Source: Chiloscyllium plagiosum
Taxonomy: Eukaryota
Length of the DNA stretch: 64,000 nucleotides
Assembly (NCBI RefSeq): GCF_004010195.1
Contig: NC_057759.1
Span: 1,805,069-1,869,068 of the forward strand
Direction: 5' to 3'
Shown here: piece after piece, positions 13,283 to 26,369 of the stretch
Layout of the letters: the number at the start of each line of letters is the position of its first letter
Position numbering within the stretch: position 1 is the stretch's first letter
The notes under the pieces: model-generated
What the model was told of the DNA's origin: nothing
The model's input: the letters and a program-made list of their open reading frames with translations, nothing else
The model's database searches: none
Made by a program: the position numbers and the translations under genes

Positions 13283-15496
13283 AACAGTGTTTGGGATAGC
13301 AATGGCTCTTTGAGTCATCAAGAGTTTTCTGGGGGTGGAAGAAGTCACTTCAGATTTTTGCAAAAAGTGATGAAGCCGAAGTTGCTGGAATTAGCAGACA
13401 AGCTGGAGCTCAACTGCCTCCTTCCATGAGGAAAAGGGCGATAACTACAGTAATAGCTCAATGTTTAAATTTGCTGGAAATGCCATCAGAAACTTTAGAG
13501 ATGGCTAACATTCAATTGAAAATGAAGCAACTCGATTTAGAGGCAAAAGTCAAGGAAAGGGCAACAGAAACAAAATAGTTTGAATTACGATTAAAAGCAG
13601 AAGAGAGGGGGAAGAGAGAGAAAAGGAGAGAGAGGAAAGGAAGAAAGTGGGAGTTTGAACTTTAGAAATTGGCACTTAGACAGGAGTTCAAAAATTTGCT
13701 TCCTGAATTAATGAGAACTCATGTGGAAGAGCAGAGAGTTAAACCAGCAAGACTGGCATCAGAAATGGCTGATGATTGAGTTGATCAATAAATTGAAATT
13801 GGGTTGCCAAAATCAATTTCAATCCATGAGGGATAAAAATTGTGGATAAGAGAAATTCTCGTGTGGAAAGGAAAAAGTAGATCTCGGTGAAGATCATAAG
13901 GATGATTTACTACATGGTAAAAAGGAAACCCTTGAAGGGGAAAGAGAAGTGAAAAAGCTCTGGTGTTTCCAATAAAGTAGGCCATGGAATCAGTATTAGC
14001 TAGTTAGGAAAAGCACTGAGAAGCCAGATGTAGGAAACAGGATAAGCCAGTGAATTTTGTTGGAGTGGTAACAGAGAGCACTGTGGAGACTAGAAAGCTG
14101 CACCAGAATGTACAAGCTGGTTGGAGGTTGTTTATGGAAGAAGTGCCAGATCTTCTTAAACCATACACGGTGAAGGTAAAGTTGACTCACATAGACTCAC
14201 ATTGACAGGAGCAGCAGGTAAAAAGGTGACAATATTCACACATACAAGAATCCTCTCAATCTGCAATGCTAAAAGATGAGGATATATGTACCTCTGAAGG
14301 ACTATTGCCAGAAAAGGTACGAGTAACGGGAATTCACATTAAGACAAGAAATGCTCAATTGTCAGAAGTGAGGTTAGAGTGTTTAGTGAAGAGGGGAGAA
14401 GTCATAGTAGGAGTACTGGACAAACTTTCAGCTCTGGGAATATAATTGGTCGTTGCTAATGATGTTGCTAATTCACCGGTAGGAGTGCTGCCGACTGTGA
14501 TTGATACGCCAATGGAAATTGAGGCAACTCAACTATTGCAGGACACACATCCTGGGATGTTTCCTGTGTGGTAACGAGGTCACAAAGATACCAGTTGAAA
14601 CAGAAAAGATCAAAGAGTACAGATAAGAAAGTTGAAGGGAAATTAGCAGAGACCCTGTTTGATCAGATAGTTGAGACAAACCAGAAACAGATAGACGACA
14701 AAGCAGACATCTTTAGCTCAGGTAAATTAACTGAGTTACAGTAGAAAGATGAAAATTTAAAGCAATTGTATCAAAAGGCATACACAAAACAAATTCAAGT
14801 CTATCCCTGATTGTTATTATCTTAAAAATGAAGTGTTAATGAGGAAATAGAGAACATCACATATTCAGGCAGGTGAGAAATAGGCAGAAGTTTATCAAGT
14901 TGTATTGCCAGTGGGTTATAGAAAGGACGTGTTGCGAGTAGCACATGAGCTACCTGCATAGATTGTTTGAAATTCACATTATTTAATTGTCATCTCTATA
15001 TGTGACAACTATTCAGTCAAGGATGAATCCTGTCCTTCTCAGTCACAGATAAACTCCTGGTAAATATGCTTCATCCCGGTTGGAGAATTTGAGCTGTAGG
15101 CAGAGGCTGAACAGGCTGGAACTGTTTTCCCTGGAGAGTGACATTATAGAAGTTTATAAAATCATAAGGCGCATGGAGGGATGGTGGAGCCTGGGACAAT
15201 TACAACATTTAAAAGGCATCTGGGTGGGTATAATGAGAAAGCCTTAAAACTTGTCCTTAAATACTTAGTCGAAATGTAATGTTGAATTATAGAACACAAG
15301 AAAATAAACAGAGCAGGCAAGGGGGGTATCAGGCCACAAAAGGGGGGACCTCGGATGTGCAGCAGATAAGAAACATCCGTGATAACAGGATGCTCTAAAG
15401 CAATTAAGAACATTTGCCTTAACATCAATGAATCTATGTAAAAAGGACACAGAGTGATAACATTCACAGATGTTAACTTGTGAAATTAATGACAGT

Positions 15497-15625
15497 TGAA
15501 AATGTCGATTCTCATGCCTGAAATGTCAATTCTCCTGCTCCTTGGATGCTGCCTGACCTCCTGCGCTTTTCCAGCAACACATTTTCAGCTCTGATCTCCA
15601 GCATCTGCAGTCTTCACTTTCTCCT
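15497..15625 (+). mobile_element. family-A mini-element (5'-rearranged) with 14-bp TSD
   Basis: TSD aaattaatgacagt at 15483-15496 and 15626-15639. Confidence 0.85.
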
Positions 15626-15734
15626 AAATTAATGACAGTGTTTGATTGTGATCTCAGAAACTTTGTATCATCTCAGAATCATGTCAAAAGCCTTGTAATA
15701 AATGGTCAGGTCCTATCAATTATAATAGATTCTT

Positions 15735-15736
<2 letters not shown>

Positions 15737-15772
<36 letters not shown>

Positions 15773-15824
15773 AGTGAGTGAGTGAGTGAGTGAGTGAGTG
15801 AGTGAGTGAGTGAGTGAGTGAGTG
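15737..15824 (+). repeat. (TG)n(AGTG)n microsatellite
   Basis: direct reading. Confidence 0.95.
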
Positions 15825-17494
15825 ATATATGAATGTTTTGAATTTATTTGCATTTTGGGACTTTATGATGATTTTGAGTAGCCATTGCTGATTATCAAAT
15901 ACAAACTCTAAAATGTAACATTGGTGAAGCTTTAACTTACTTGGTGTTCTTATACACCATGACTGCCCCACTGTCAATTCTAACTCGTCAGATCTTATGT
16001 CGTCTTTGAATTTGAAACACAACCCTGAAAAGAAAGCATGTTAATTTGAGCCTAATGAATCATTTCAAATTTAACCTTTCAGCCTCAGATACAGAATGAT
16101 TTTGTATTTAAGATAAAAAGCAGGAGTTTGCTCCTAACTTAAAAATTGTTATAAACCGAACATTGAAGAGATTCTGACACAATCTGTCAGGAAGCCATTT
16201 TATGGTCAGTTTGACCTCCTCGCTAAGATGCCATTTTGTAAAGCAATGATATCTGACGTGCAAGCTGTGCAAGGTTACCTTATGACCTCTCCCACTTAGT
16301 TTAGACTGATACCTCTTTATAAAAGGAACTTACCTCACGACTGACAGTGACTCGGCTGGATCTGTTTTCCCTCCGATGGATGGTTGAAGGCCTACAGGAG
16401 TCATCAGTTAAGCGCATACAGACTTGTTAATTAACTTCTCTTCCTTATAAATTATTGCCTTTCCACTGTCTGTCTAATAAGAACATGCAGTGTTTTTTGT
16501 AAAGTTTTGTAAAAAGGAAGCCTGTTTGAGACAGAAGTGTGGAGTAATCTGCGAGGGCTCTTAAAGGAAGAGCTGGTGTCCTACTTTTCTAAGGTTTTAG
16601 AACCTCAGCCAGCCTGGCTTATAGGTGTCAATGTTACGTTATAACAGTGATGCTATTTGTAAATAAAGGGGAAGGCTAAAATTAAACTAAACTGTTTGTA
16701 AGAGGTTTTTATTCCAGACTACCAAAGAGCATGATCTCCAGGACTAACCAAGAGAGGCTTATAGGTCAGAATCCACAAGGGATTCCCTCGGCCGTCTCAA
16801 ATCTGTACTTTAACAATATGAATAGGAAGGGTTTAGAGAGAGATGGGCTAAGTGCTGGCAAATGGGACCAGATTAGATTAAGATATCTGGTCAGCATGGC
16901 CAAGTTGGACCGAAGGGTCTGTTTCCATGCTATACGTCTCTATGACTCAACGACTCTTTGGTAACTCTTGCCCTGTCGGTGAGCACAGTTTCCTTCCATC
17001 TCTGCACTTAACCCCTACTTTACGGATGGTTGTTGAAACAATGCAACAATGTGGCCTGTCTTCATTGTAACTTAGAAAATGCCCTTAATAATGCTGCAGA
17101 TTTTAATGCTGTTCTGGAGTGTCTATTTTGGATGAAGATTCAGTTTATCTCTCTCCAACACTGGTGTGTAAACATCAATGGGCTACATACCTTCTGTTTG
17201 TTAGAGGCAGCTGGTCACTCTGTGCTTTGAACTGAGGAAGTATTAGTGTCTTAGTCCCTCAGGTGTTTTTCTGGAGGAAGACACAGGGACACCACCTGTA
17301 AATCAACATGAGGCTAGTCTGGCAATACTGAGGGTGATCAATGTCCCATTCATTGCAACTTCATTAGAACATGCGTTGTCTTTTTCTTTAAAGCCAACAA
17401 CTTAACCAGAACCACGGATCTGATTCCATTGTTGCCCTGAGCTGCTCCTTGTCTGGGGATTGTGTTTTTTTTCATGTGATTTGATACCAATTGA

Positions 17495-17589
17495 TTTGGA
17501 GATGCTGGTGTTGGACTGAGGTGCACAATGTTAAAAATCACACAACGCCAGGTTATAGTCCAACGGAGTTTTTGGAAGCTCCTGATGTG
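17495..17589 (-). mobile_element. family-B Penelope-end mini-insert (hammerhead core absent) with 13-bp TSD
   Basis: TSD tgataccaattga at 17482-17494 and 17590-17602; empty site near 25242. Confidence 0.8.
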
Positions 17590-17940
17590 TGATACCAATT
17601 GAGTAAGATCCAGAAACTGAGCAACAACTGACCAGCACCATGAATGGAAGTACTCAACCACCAGGATACTTCCACAGTTCAATATCCAACTCTCCAACTA
17701 CCTGTTGGAAAGAGGAAACCGGCGCTATTTCTAATGTTTTTACCAAGACCCCAGTGGTACGTTCTTTCACAACAGTATCACATTCCTACAGTTGGTCCAC
17801 ACAACCTCAAGGGTGAGGTTGCCTCAAACACTTTTACAATTGTAATTTATGATATATTCATCCTCTGCTCCCACAGACAGTAACGGTTTCCAATAAAAAG
17901 GAGATGGGAATTCCTCGATGTCGGGTACAAATGCCAGGGC

Positions 17941-18068
17941 TCTCCACATTAAAAAGAAAATAAGCAATCTGACAGAGCTCAGCTCTTCTCTCAGACTCTG
18001 TGAGTGGCTCTTAAAAGAGCCTTTGGGTTGTCAGATTCAAGAACATTCTTCACTTTTTAACAGCTCTA
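17941..18068 (-). pseudogene. orphan histone H2A 3' end (last codons, 3' UTR, stem-loop 18006-18021, downstream element)
   Basis: Aligns to the H2A 3' region at 32359-32485; perfect GGCTCTTTTAAGAGCC hairpin; coding body replaced by CR1. Confidence 0.85.
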
Positions 18069-18495
18069 GTAGGTACATCCACATACTGAATCAGAAATGT
18101 TTCTCGCGCACACTTAAATTCCTCTCCATCTAGACCCTTAACACTATGGCAGTCCCAGTCTATGTTTAGAAAGTTAAAAACCCCTACCATAACCACCTTA
18201 TTATTTCTTACAGATAGCTGAGGTCTCCTTACAAGTTCGTCTCTTAATTTCCCTCTGACTATTAGGGGGTCTTTTATACAATCCCAATAAGGTGATCAAC
18301 CTTTCTAATTTCTCAGTTCCACCCAAATAACTTCCCCGGATGTATTTCCAGGAATATCCTCCCGAAGTACAGCTGTAATGCTATTCCTTATCAAAACACC
18401 ACTCCCCCTCCTCTCTCACCTTCCTGTAGCATTTGTATCCTGGAACATTAAACTGTCAGTTCTGTCCATTCCTGAGTCACGTTTCTGTAGTTTCC
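18069..18495 (-). mobile_element. CR1 APE-endonuclease fragment
   Basis: minus strand resembles the CR1 ORF2 N-terminus (WVELRN..VMVGVFNFLNIDW). Confidence 0.75.
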
Positions 18496-18776
18496 TGTGG
18501 TGATGTCATTTCCTGTTCTTTTTCTCGGGAGTGCTAAATGGGATCCAAATCAGTGTTTGTTGATGGAGTTCCGGTTGGAATGCCATGCTTCTAGGAATTC
18601 TCGTTCATGTCTGTGCTTGGCTTGTCCTAGGATGGATGTGTTGTCGCAGTCAAAGTGGTGTCCTTCCTCATCTGTATGTAAGGATACGAGTGAGAGTGGG
18701 TCATGTCATTTTGTGGCTAGTTGATATATATGTATCCTGGTGGCTGGTTTTCTGCCTGTTTGTCCAGAGTAGTGGA
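18496..18776 (-). mobile_element. Penelope-like GIY-YIG endonuclease fragment (family C)
   Basis: HYSGQTGRKPATRIH..HDPLSLVSLHTDEEGHHFD..ILGQAKHRHEREFLEAWHSNRNSINKH. Confidence 0.85.
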
Positions 18777-18799
18777 CTCATATCCACAAGTCTCTATAA

Positions 18800-19140
18800 T
18801 TGAGATGCATGGTTAAGGTTGATGCTCAGAATCTTTTTCCAGGAGTTGAAATGTCTAAAGCTAAGAGGCATGCATATAAGGTGAGAGGGGGAAAGTTCAA
18901 AGGAGACAGATGGGGCAGTTTCTTTTAAACATAGAGAGTGGTAGGAGTGGAACGCACTGTCAGGGGTGCAGATGGAGGCTGATACGATAAGGGTATTGAA
19001 AGGACTTTTAGGTAAGCAAATGAATATGTAAGAAATGGAGGGTTATGGACCAAGGGCAGGCAGAAGGGATTAATTTCATTTGGCGGCACAACATCGTGGG
19101 CTGAAGGACCCAGTTGTGTGCTGTACCGGTCTATGTTGAG
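18800..19140 (+). mobile_element. CR1 3' end
   Basis: typical CR1 ORF2 end and 3' UTR. Confidence 0.75.
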
Positions 19141-19834
19141 ATTTAATGCAGTGTATATTTCGGATGAGGATTCATTCAAGTTGATTGAAACTTTAGAATA
19201 TAGATTAAATAGATAGAAACTTCCATTTCATTGGTGGTGTTTGACTTTGAAGATATCTGGAAATGGAGCTCAATATGAGTCTGACTCAATCCACTCTGAC
19301 TGTGGAAAGGATGTTCTTCACTCTGATCACAGAAACATACCTACTGTATGTTCGAAGCAGCTGGTCAGATTTGGCTCTGTACCGAGGGAATATTACATTG
19401 TCTTGGTCCTTTGAGTACTTGCCTGGAGGAAGACAGAGGAGATACCTCCTGTAATTCAACATCAGCTGTGATTGGTAACATCAATGTACCATTCAGTTAA
19501 TGATCATTATGATTTTTTATTTAAAGCCAGCAAATTAAACAGAACCACGGGTCTGATTCCACTCCTACCCAGAGCTACTCCTTGTCCATTTTTTCTTAAC
19601 ATCTAAGACCAATTGAATGAGATCCAGAAACTAAACAACATCCACACAGCTCCGTGAATCGGACTACCTGATGTAAGTGGGTATGTGGGTATGTGAGTTC
19701 AGTTATTGATGTGTACCTGCCAGTTCCGCCTTGGTGAATGTGAGAGTGTAGTTATCAAACTGTAACATTCATTATATGGTCAATATGTTTACACATTCAC
19801 ACAGCAGAGACTGGCAGGGTCCAATTAATAACTA

Positions 19835-21230
19835 TCGAATCATAAAAATAATACAGCACAGAGGGGGCTATTCAGCCCATCTTGTCCATGCCAACCCAAA
19901 AACACCTAGATGCCCTTTCTCATCCCACCTTCCTGTCACAGCCCATAGCCTTGCAGTTTACAGAACTTGACGTGCAGTTCCATGATTTTTGTTTAAAATA
20001 GTTTAGGGTCTTTGCCTGCGCCACCAAATCAAAGTTAAAATCACACAACACCAGGCTATAGTCCAACAGGTTTACTTGGAAGCACGAGCTTTCAGAGCAC
20101 TGCTCCTTCATCAGGTGATTATGGAGCGTAAGATTGTAAGACACAGAATTTATAGCAAAAGTTTCCAGAGTGATGTAACTGAAATTATATATTGAAAAAG
20201 ACCCAAATTGTTTAAGTCTCTCCTCTTTAAAAATCATGACCACCAAATCAGGCAGCAAATTCCAGATACCCACCACTCTGCATAAAACACATTTTTCCTT
20301 ACATATCATCTAATTCTATAGCTACATAGTTTGAATCAATGATCCCTGGTGTTTGAACTCTCTGCCAAAGGAAACAGGTTCCTCTCACCTCTCCCTCTCA
20401 CTATTTAGTGAAAAATCGTACAACACCAGGTTATAGTTCAACAGGTTTATTTGGAAGTACCAGCTTTCGGCGTTCTTCTCCTTCATTAGTAGATCGCTAT
20501 TTAGTATTCCTTTATCATGGCACCTTTGTTCCAAGGAATATAACCCCAACCTCTCCTGATAGCTACAATTCACCAGCCCTGGAAACAATCCAGTAAATCT
20601 GCTCTGCACTCTCTCCAGAGCAATGGCGTCCTTCCTGTGATGTGGGGACCTGACTGCACACAATACTCCAGCTGTAGCCACCAATGCCTTATACAGTTTC
20701 ATTATTATATCCCTACTTTTGTATTCCATTCCTCTTCCCATGAAAAAGAGCATTCCACATGCATTCTTTACAACCCCATCTATCTTTAGGGGCCTGTGTA
20801 CTTGCACACCAAGATCTCTCACTATATTCCCATTTACTGTTTGACTTCCCAAAATGCATTCCCTCACACTTATCAGAGCTGAACTTCATCTGCCACTTTT
20901 CTGCCCACTCCACTAAACCATCTATGATAGATTTGGAGCTTACAGCTATCCTCGACGCTATCCACGATGCTAACCACAATGTGGCCAATTTTTGTGTCAC
21001 CTGCAAATTTCACAAATTTATCCACCACATTCAAGTCCAAGTCATTAATGTATAAAACAAACAGCAGAGATCCCAACACTGAGCCATGCAGAGCACCACC
21101 TGAAACAACTTTCCATTCACAAGAGCAGCCATCAACCATTATCATTTCTTTCCTGTAACTAAGCCAACTTTGCATCCAACTCACCACATTACCATGTATC
21201 CCACAACTTTTACTTTTTGGACCAGTTTGC
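19835..21230 (-). mobile_element. CR1 3' half, carrying two family-B Penelope-end inserts
   Basis: RT motifs GSVLGSLLFVLYINDLD..KFAGDTKIG. Inserts at 20032-20239 (TSD ccaccaaatca) and 20410-20496 (TSD ctatttagt). Confidence 0.85.
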
Positions 21231-24200
21231 TGTGATGATGCTGCTCCTTTACCAATCTTGTAAAAGACACAGGCTCCAAAAAGTTTTAGGGCCATTTTGA
21301 TTATAGCTAACAGGTAATGCTTTAATCAAAAGGCTTCCAAATTTTTAAAAAGAACACTTGAACAATGAAAGGGGAATGGCTCAGTTTTCCCAGCTCAGCT
21401 TTTCTCTGGTTTGATTTGGTTTTTGACAGTCTGGCTGTTGACTGAAAGCAGTCAACAGTGAAAAAGTTGTTGAACCCAAAGCAGGTCCATGCTAGTACTC
21501 TCTCTCTCTCTCTCTCTCTCTGACATCTCTCCTGTAAGATCGTGTCTTTGATTTTACCTTTGTGTGCCAAAGGGTGTTTGTGGGGATTATTGCAAGTGTT
21601 GGGAACAACATCGTTAAGTTTGTATAATCTGTTGGGTTTTCGGATGTGTTAACTTATGTCGCATTCTGTTCTGTTATGAGACATAGGAGCATTTGTTTGT
21701 GTTTCATTTGATAATCTTGTAAATCAATTCTGTTTTGTTTCAAACAACATGGTTTGACCAGCTACATCACTTCTGCATTACACCTGCTTAAAACAACTAG
21801 CAAAGTTAGGGTCCAGGCTACTTGAAATGTTCTGAGGGGATCTGGCATGGTCTATACTATTTTGGGGGCTCTATGCAGGATTTGTTCTATAGTTCTGATT
21901 TGGGATTAGGGTTGTTGGACTCTGAGGCAGCGAGTGGTGGGTGTTAGTGTATTTTGTTCTGGGTTTTGAATTCAGTTGGTTTAAACAGTGTTTGGGAGAG
22001 CAATAACTATTTCAGTCAACAAGAGTTTTCTGTGGGGGTGGAAAAAGTGATTTTGGGGCTTTTACAAAAGGTGATTAAGGGTAAGATGCTGGAAATAGCA
22101 GACAAGCTGGGATTGAGGCTGTGTCCTTCCATGAGGAAAGGAGAGATAATTACAGCAGTAGCTCAGCATTTAAATTTGTTGGTAACACTATCAGAATCTT
22201 TAGAGATGGCTAACATTCAATGGAAAATTCAGCAACTTGAGTTAGAGGCAAAACACAAGGAAAGGGCAACAGAAATGAAATCTTTTGAATTATGATTAAA
22301 TACAGAAGAGAGAGTGAGGAGAGAGAGTAAAGGAGAGAAAGTAAAGGAAGAAAGAAAGAGAGTTTGAACTTTGGAAATTGGCACTTCCTGAATTAATGAA
22401 CTCATGTAGAAGAGCAGAGAGCTATAATGGCAAGATTGGCAGCCGAAATGGCTGATGGTTATGAGTTGGTCCATAAGTCAAAGATTGGCTTCCAAAACCA
22501 ATTTCAATCCATGAGGGATAGAAGTTGAGGAGAAGAAAAATCCTCACATGGAAAGGAATAGATCTCTGTGAAGATCATAAGTATGACTTACCACAGGGTA
22601 AAAAAAGAAACCCTTGAAGGGGAAAGAGAAGTTAAAAAGCTCTGGTATTTTCGCTGCAATACAGTAGGCTACATAAATCAGTGTTGGTGGGTTAGGAAAA
22701 ACACTAGGAAACCAGATGTAGGAAATAGGGTAAGCCAGTGAATTTTGTTGGAGTGGTAACAAATAGCACAATGGACGTTCAAAAGCTGCACCAGAATGTA
22801 CAAGCTGGTTGGAGGAGCCAGATCTTCTTTACCTTCCACCACTGAAGGTAAAGTTTACTCGCATAGGCCAGGAGGAGCAGGTAAAGTGGTTACAATATTA
22901 AGAGATACAACGATCCTCTAAATCTGTGATGCTGAAAGATGAGGAGATATGCACCTCCGAAGGATTATTGCCAGAAAAAGGTTCTAGTACCGGGAATTCA
23001 TATTGAGACAAGAAATGCTTAATTGTGAGAAGTGAGGTTAGATTATCCAGTGAAGAGTGGAGAAATTGTGGTAGGAGTATTGGACATACTCTCAGCTCCG
23101 GGAATACAATTGCTAATAATATTGTTGAATCACCAGTAGGAGTGCTGGCTACTGTTGTTGCAAAGCCAATAGAAACTCAGGCAACTGAATTATTGCTGGA
23201 CATATATCCTAGGATTATTCCTGACTGTGTGGTGACAAAGTCGCAGTCACCAGTTGAAACAGAAGAGATCAAAGAGGACAATACGAAAGTTGAAGTGAAA
23301 TTAGCAGAGACCCTGTTGGATCGGATGGTTGAGACAAACCGGGAACAGATGATAAAGCAGATATGTTTAGCTTAAATCTTAAGCAAATTTAAAGCAATTG
23401 TATCAAAAGGCATGCACAGAAGAATATGAATCTATCCCTGCATCTTCTCATATTCAGGCTGATGGGAAATATGCTGATGGTTATGAGTTGGTCCATAAGT
23501 CAAAGTTTGGCTTCCAAAACCAGTTTCAATCCATGAGGGATAGAAGTTGAGGACAAGAAAAATCCGCACATGGAAAGGAATAGATCTCTGTGAAGATCAT
23601 AAGTATGACTTACCACAGGGTAAAAAGGAAACCCTTGAAGGGGAAAGAGAAGTTAAAAAGTTCTGAGGTTTTTGCTGCAAAACAGTAGGCTAAATAAATC
23701 AATATTGGTGGGTTATGAAAAACACTGGGAAACCAGATATAGGAAACAGGATAAGCCAGTGAATTTTGTTGGAGTGGTAACAGAAAGCACAATGGAGGCT
23801 CAAAAGCTGCACTAGAAATGCACAAGCTGGTTGGAGGTGTGAGGTCTTCTTAAATCATCCATAGGCCAGGAGAAGCAGATAAAGTGGTTACAATATTAAG
23901 ACATTTTGTTGGAGTGGTAACAGAAAGCACAATGGAGGCTCAAACGCTGCACCAGAAATGCACAAGCTGGTTGGAGGTGTGAGGTCTTCTTAAATCATCC
24001 ACCTTTGAAGGTAAAGCTTACTCGCATAGGCCAGGAGAAGCAGATAAAGTGGTTACAATATTAAGACATACAAAGATCGTCTAAATCTGTGATGGTTAAA
24101 GATGAGGAGATACGCACCTCTGAAGGACTATTGCCAGAAAAAGGTTCTCGTAACGGGAATTCATGTTAAGACAAGAAATGCTTAATTGTGAGAAGTGAGG

Positions 24201-24752
24201 TTAGATTATCCAGTGAAGAGTGGAGAAGTTGTGGTAGGAGTATTGGACAAACTCTCAGCTCCGGGAATACAATTTATCCTTGCTAATAATATTGTTGATT
24301 CACCGGTAGGACTGCTGCCTACTGTTGTTGCAAAGCCAATGAAAACTCAGGCAACTGAATTATTGCTGGACATATATCCTGGGATTATTCCTCACTGTGT
24401 GATGACAAAGTCACAGTCACCACTTGAAACAGAAGAGAACAAGGGTACAGATAAGAAAGTTGAAGTGAAATTAGCAGAGACCCTGTTGGATCGGATGGTT
24501 GAGACAAACCGGGAACAGACAGATGATAAAGCAGATATGTTTAGCTTAAATCGTAAGCAAATTTAAAGCAATTGTATCAAAAGGCATACACAGAAGAAGA
24601 ATATGAATCTATCCCTGCATCTTCACATATTCAGGCTGATGAGAAATATGCAGAAATTTATCGAGTCATAGTGCCATTGGGTTGTAGAGGGAGGTGTCGA
24701 ATAGCGCATGAGCTACCACGAGGTCATTTAGGAGTGAGAAAAACTCAGACTT
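21231..24752 (+). mobile_element. degenerate Gmr1-like Gypsy LTR element, copy 2, with an internal ~1-kb tandem duplication
   Basis: LTR from 21231; PBS TGGGGGCTC at 21863; gag (KGKMLEIADKLGL..); zinc-knuckle remnant; protease VTILRD; integrase IAHELPRGHLGVRKT. Confidence 0.8.
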
Positions 24753-24859
24753 TTGCAGAGATTGTTTGGAATTCACATTTAATTGTCATCTCTGTCTGAG
24801 AACTATACGGTAAAGGATTAAATCTGTCCTTCTCTGTCACAGATAAACTCCATGTAAAT

Positions 24860-25160
24860 GTGCTTCCTCCAGGTTGAAGGATTTGAGCTATAGGGAAGGC
24901 TGAATAGGTTGGATCTGTTTTCCCTGGAGAGGGACGTTTTATAGAAGTTCATAACATCACAAGGGGCATGGAGAAGTGGTGGAGGCTGGTACAATTACAA
25001 CATTTAAAAGGCATCTGGTTATGGTTATGAATAGGAACGGTTTAGATGGACATGGGCCAAGTGCTGGCAAATGGGACTAGATTTTGTTAGGATACCTGAT
25101 CAGCATAGACAAGTTGGACGGCAAGGTCTGTGTCCATGCTGTACATCTCTATGACTCAAT
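24860..25160 (+). mobile_element. CR1 3' end (deleted derivative)
   Basis: CR1 terminus; paralog of 15070-15233 plus 16816-16950. Confidence 0.75.
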
Positions 25161-25572
25161 GATTCCTTGTGCTCACCAACAGGACAGGAATTGTGCCGCG
25201 CTGCACCTTGTCTGGAGATTGTGTTTGTTTTTCATATGATTCGATACCAATTGAGTGAGACCTAGAAACTGAGTAACTACTGCACAACTCCATGAATGGG
25301 ACTACTCACCACCGGGATGCTAATACAGTTCAATATCCAACTCCCAATCTACTACCTGGAGAGAGGAAAAACGACACGATATCTAATGGTTTTACCAAGA
25401 CCCATATGTTTGTCCTTTTAGAGGAGTATCCCATTCCTACAGTGAGTCTGCGGTTCCACTATTGATTGCACACTTTCAACAAACAGTGGGAAACAGAATG
25501 AAATTTCATTAGGTTCAGAGGATTGTAAACCACAAGAATGTCCCACAGCAGCTTCTTCCCGCTCTGCCTCCC

Positions 25573-25896
25573 NNNNNNNNNNNNNNNNNNNNNNNNNNNN
25601 NNNNNNNNNNNNNNNNNNNNNNNNNNNNNNNNNNNNNNNNNNNNNNNNNNNNNNNNNNNNNNNNNNNNNNNNNNNNNNNNNNNNNNNNNNNNNNNNNNNN
25701 NNNNNNNNNNNNNNNNNNNNNNNNNNNNNNNNNNNNNNNNNNNNNNNNNNNNNNNNNNNNNNNNNNNNNNNNNNNNNNNNNNNNNNNNNNNNNNNNNNNN
25801 NNNNNNNNNNNNNNNNNNNNNNNNNNNNNNNNNNNNNNNNNNNNNNNNNNNNNNNNNNNNNNNNNNNNNNNNNNNNNNNNNNNNNNNNNNNNNNNN
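25573..25896. other. assembly gap
   Basis: N run. Confidence 1.
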
Positions 25897-25919
25897 CCGC
25901 CTCTCACTCTCTGTCAGCT

Positions 25920-25955
25920 CTTTCTCAGCCAGGTCGGGCCGGGTTGTATAAAAAA
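25920..25955 (+). promoter_or_regulatory. H4 proximal promoter (TCAnnnnGGTC-like element plus TATA)
   Basis: ctcagccaggtcgg followed by TATAAAA at 25947; conserved upstream of the second H4. Confidence 0.65.
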
Positions 25956-26000
25956 GGAAGGGGAGGCAGCTCGGCTCTCATTCGGCAGCGATTGGAGTGA

Positions 26001-26321
<321 letters not shown>

Positions 26322-26353
26322 GGATGAAGCGACCCTTTTCCAGCGAACCCAAA

Positions 26354-26369
26354 GGCTCTTTTCAGAGCC
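26354..26369 (+). terminator. histone 3' stem-loop
   Basis: GGCTCTTTTCAGAGCC followed by ACCCA and purine-rich GATAGAGAG. Confidence 0.95.

Larger units (their letters stand above)
12188..14958 (+). mobile_element. degenerate Gmr1-like Ty3/Gypsy LTR element, copy 1 (5' LTR 12188-13021, PBS, gag, protease, start of integrase)
   Basis: TG..CA LTR followed by TGGGGG (tRNA-Pro-type PBS). Gag remnant EFKNLLPELMRTHVEEQRVKPARLASEMADD. Integrase zinc-domain start YQVVLPVGYRKDVLRVAHEL follows protease with no RT between. Many stops. Confidence 0.8.
15234..16815 (+). mobile_element. probable solo LTR splitting a CR1 3' end
   Basis: TG..CA ends, flanks ataa/atat, AATAAA near 16662; the flanking CR1 halves are contiguous in the paralog near 25020. 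Confidence 0.55.
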
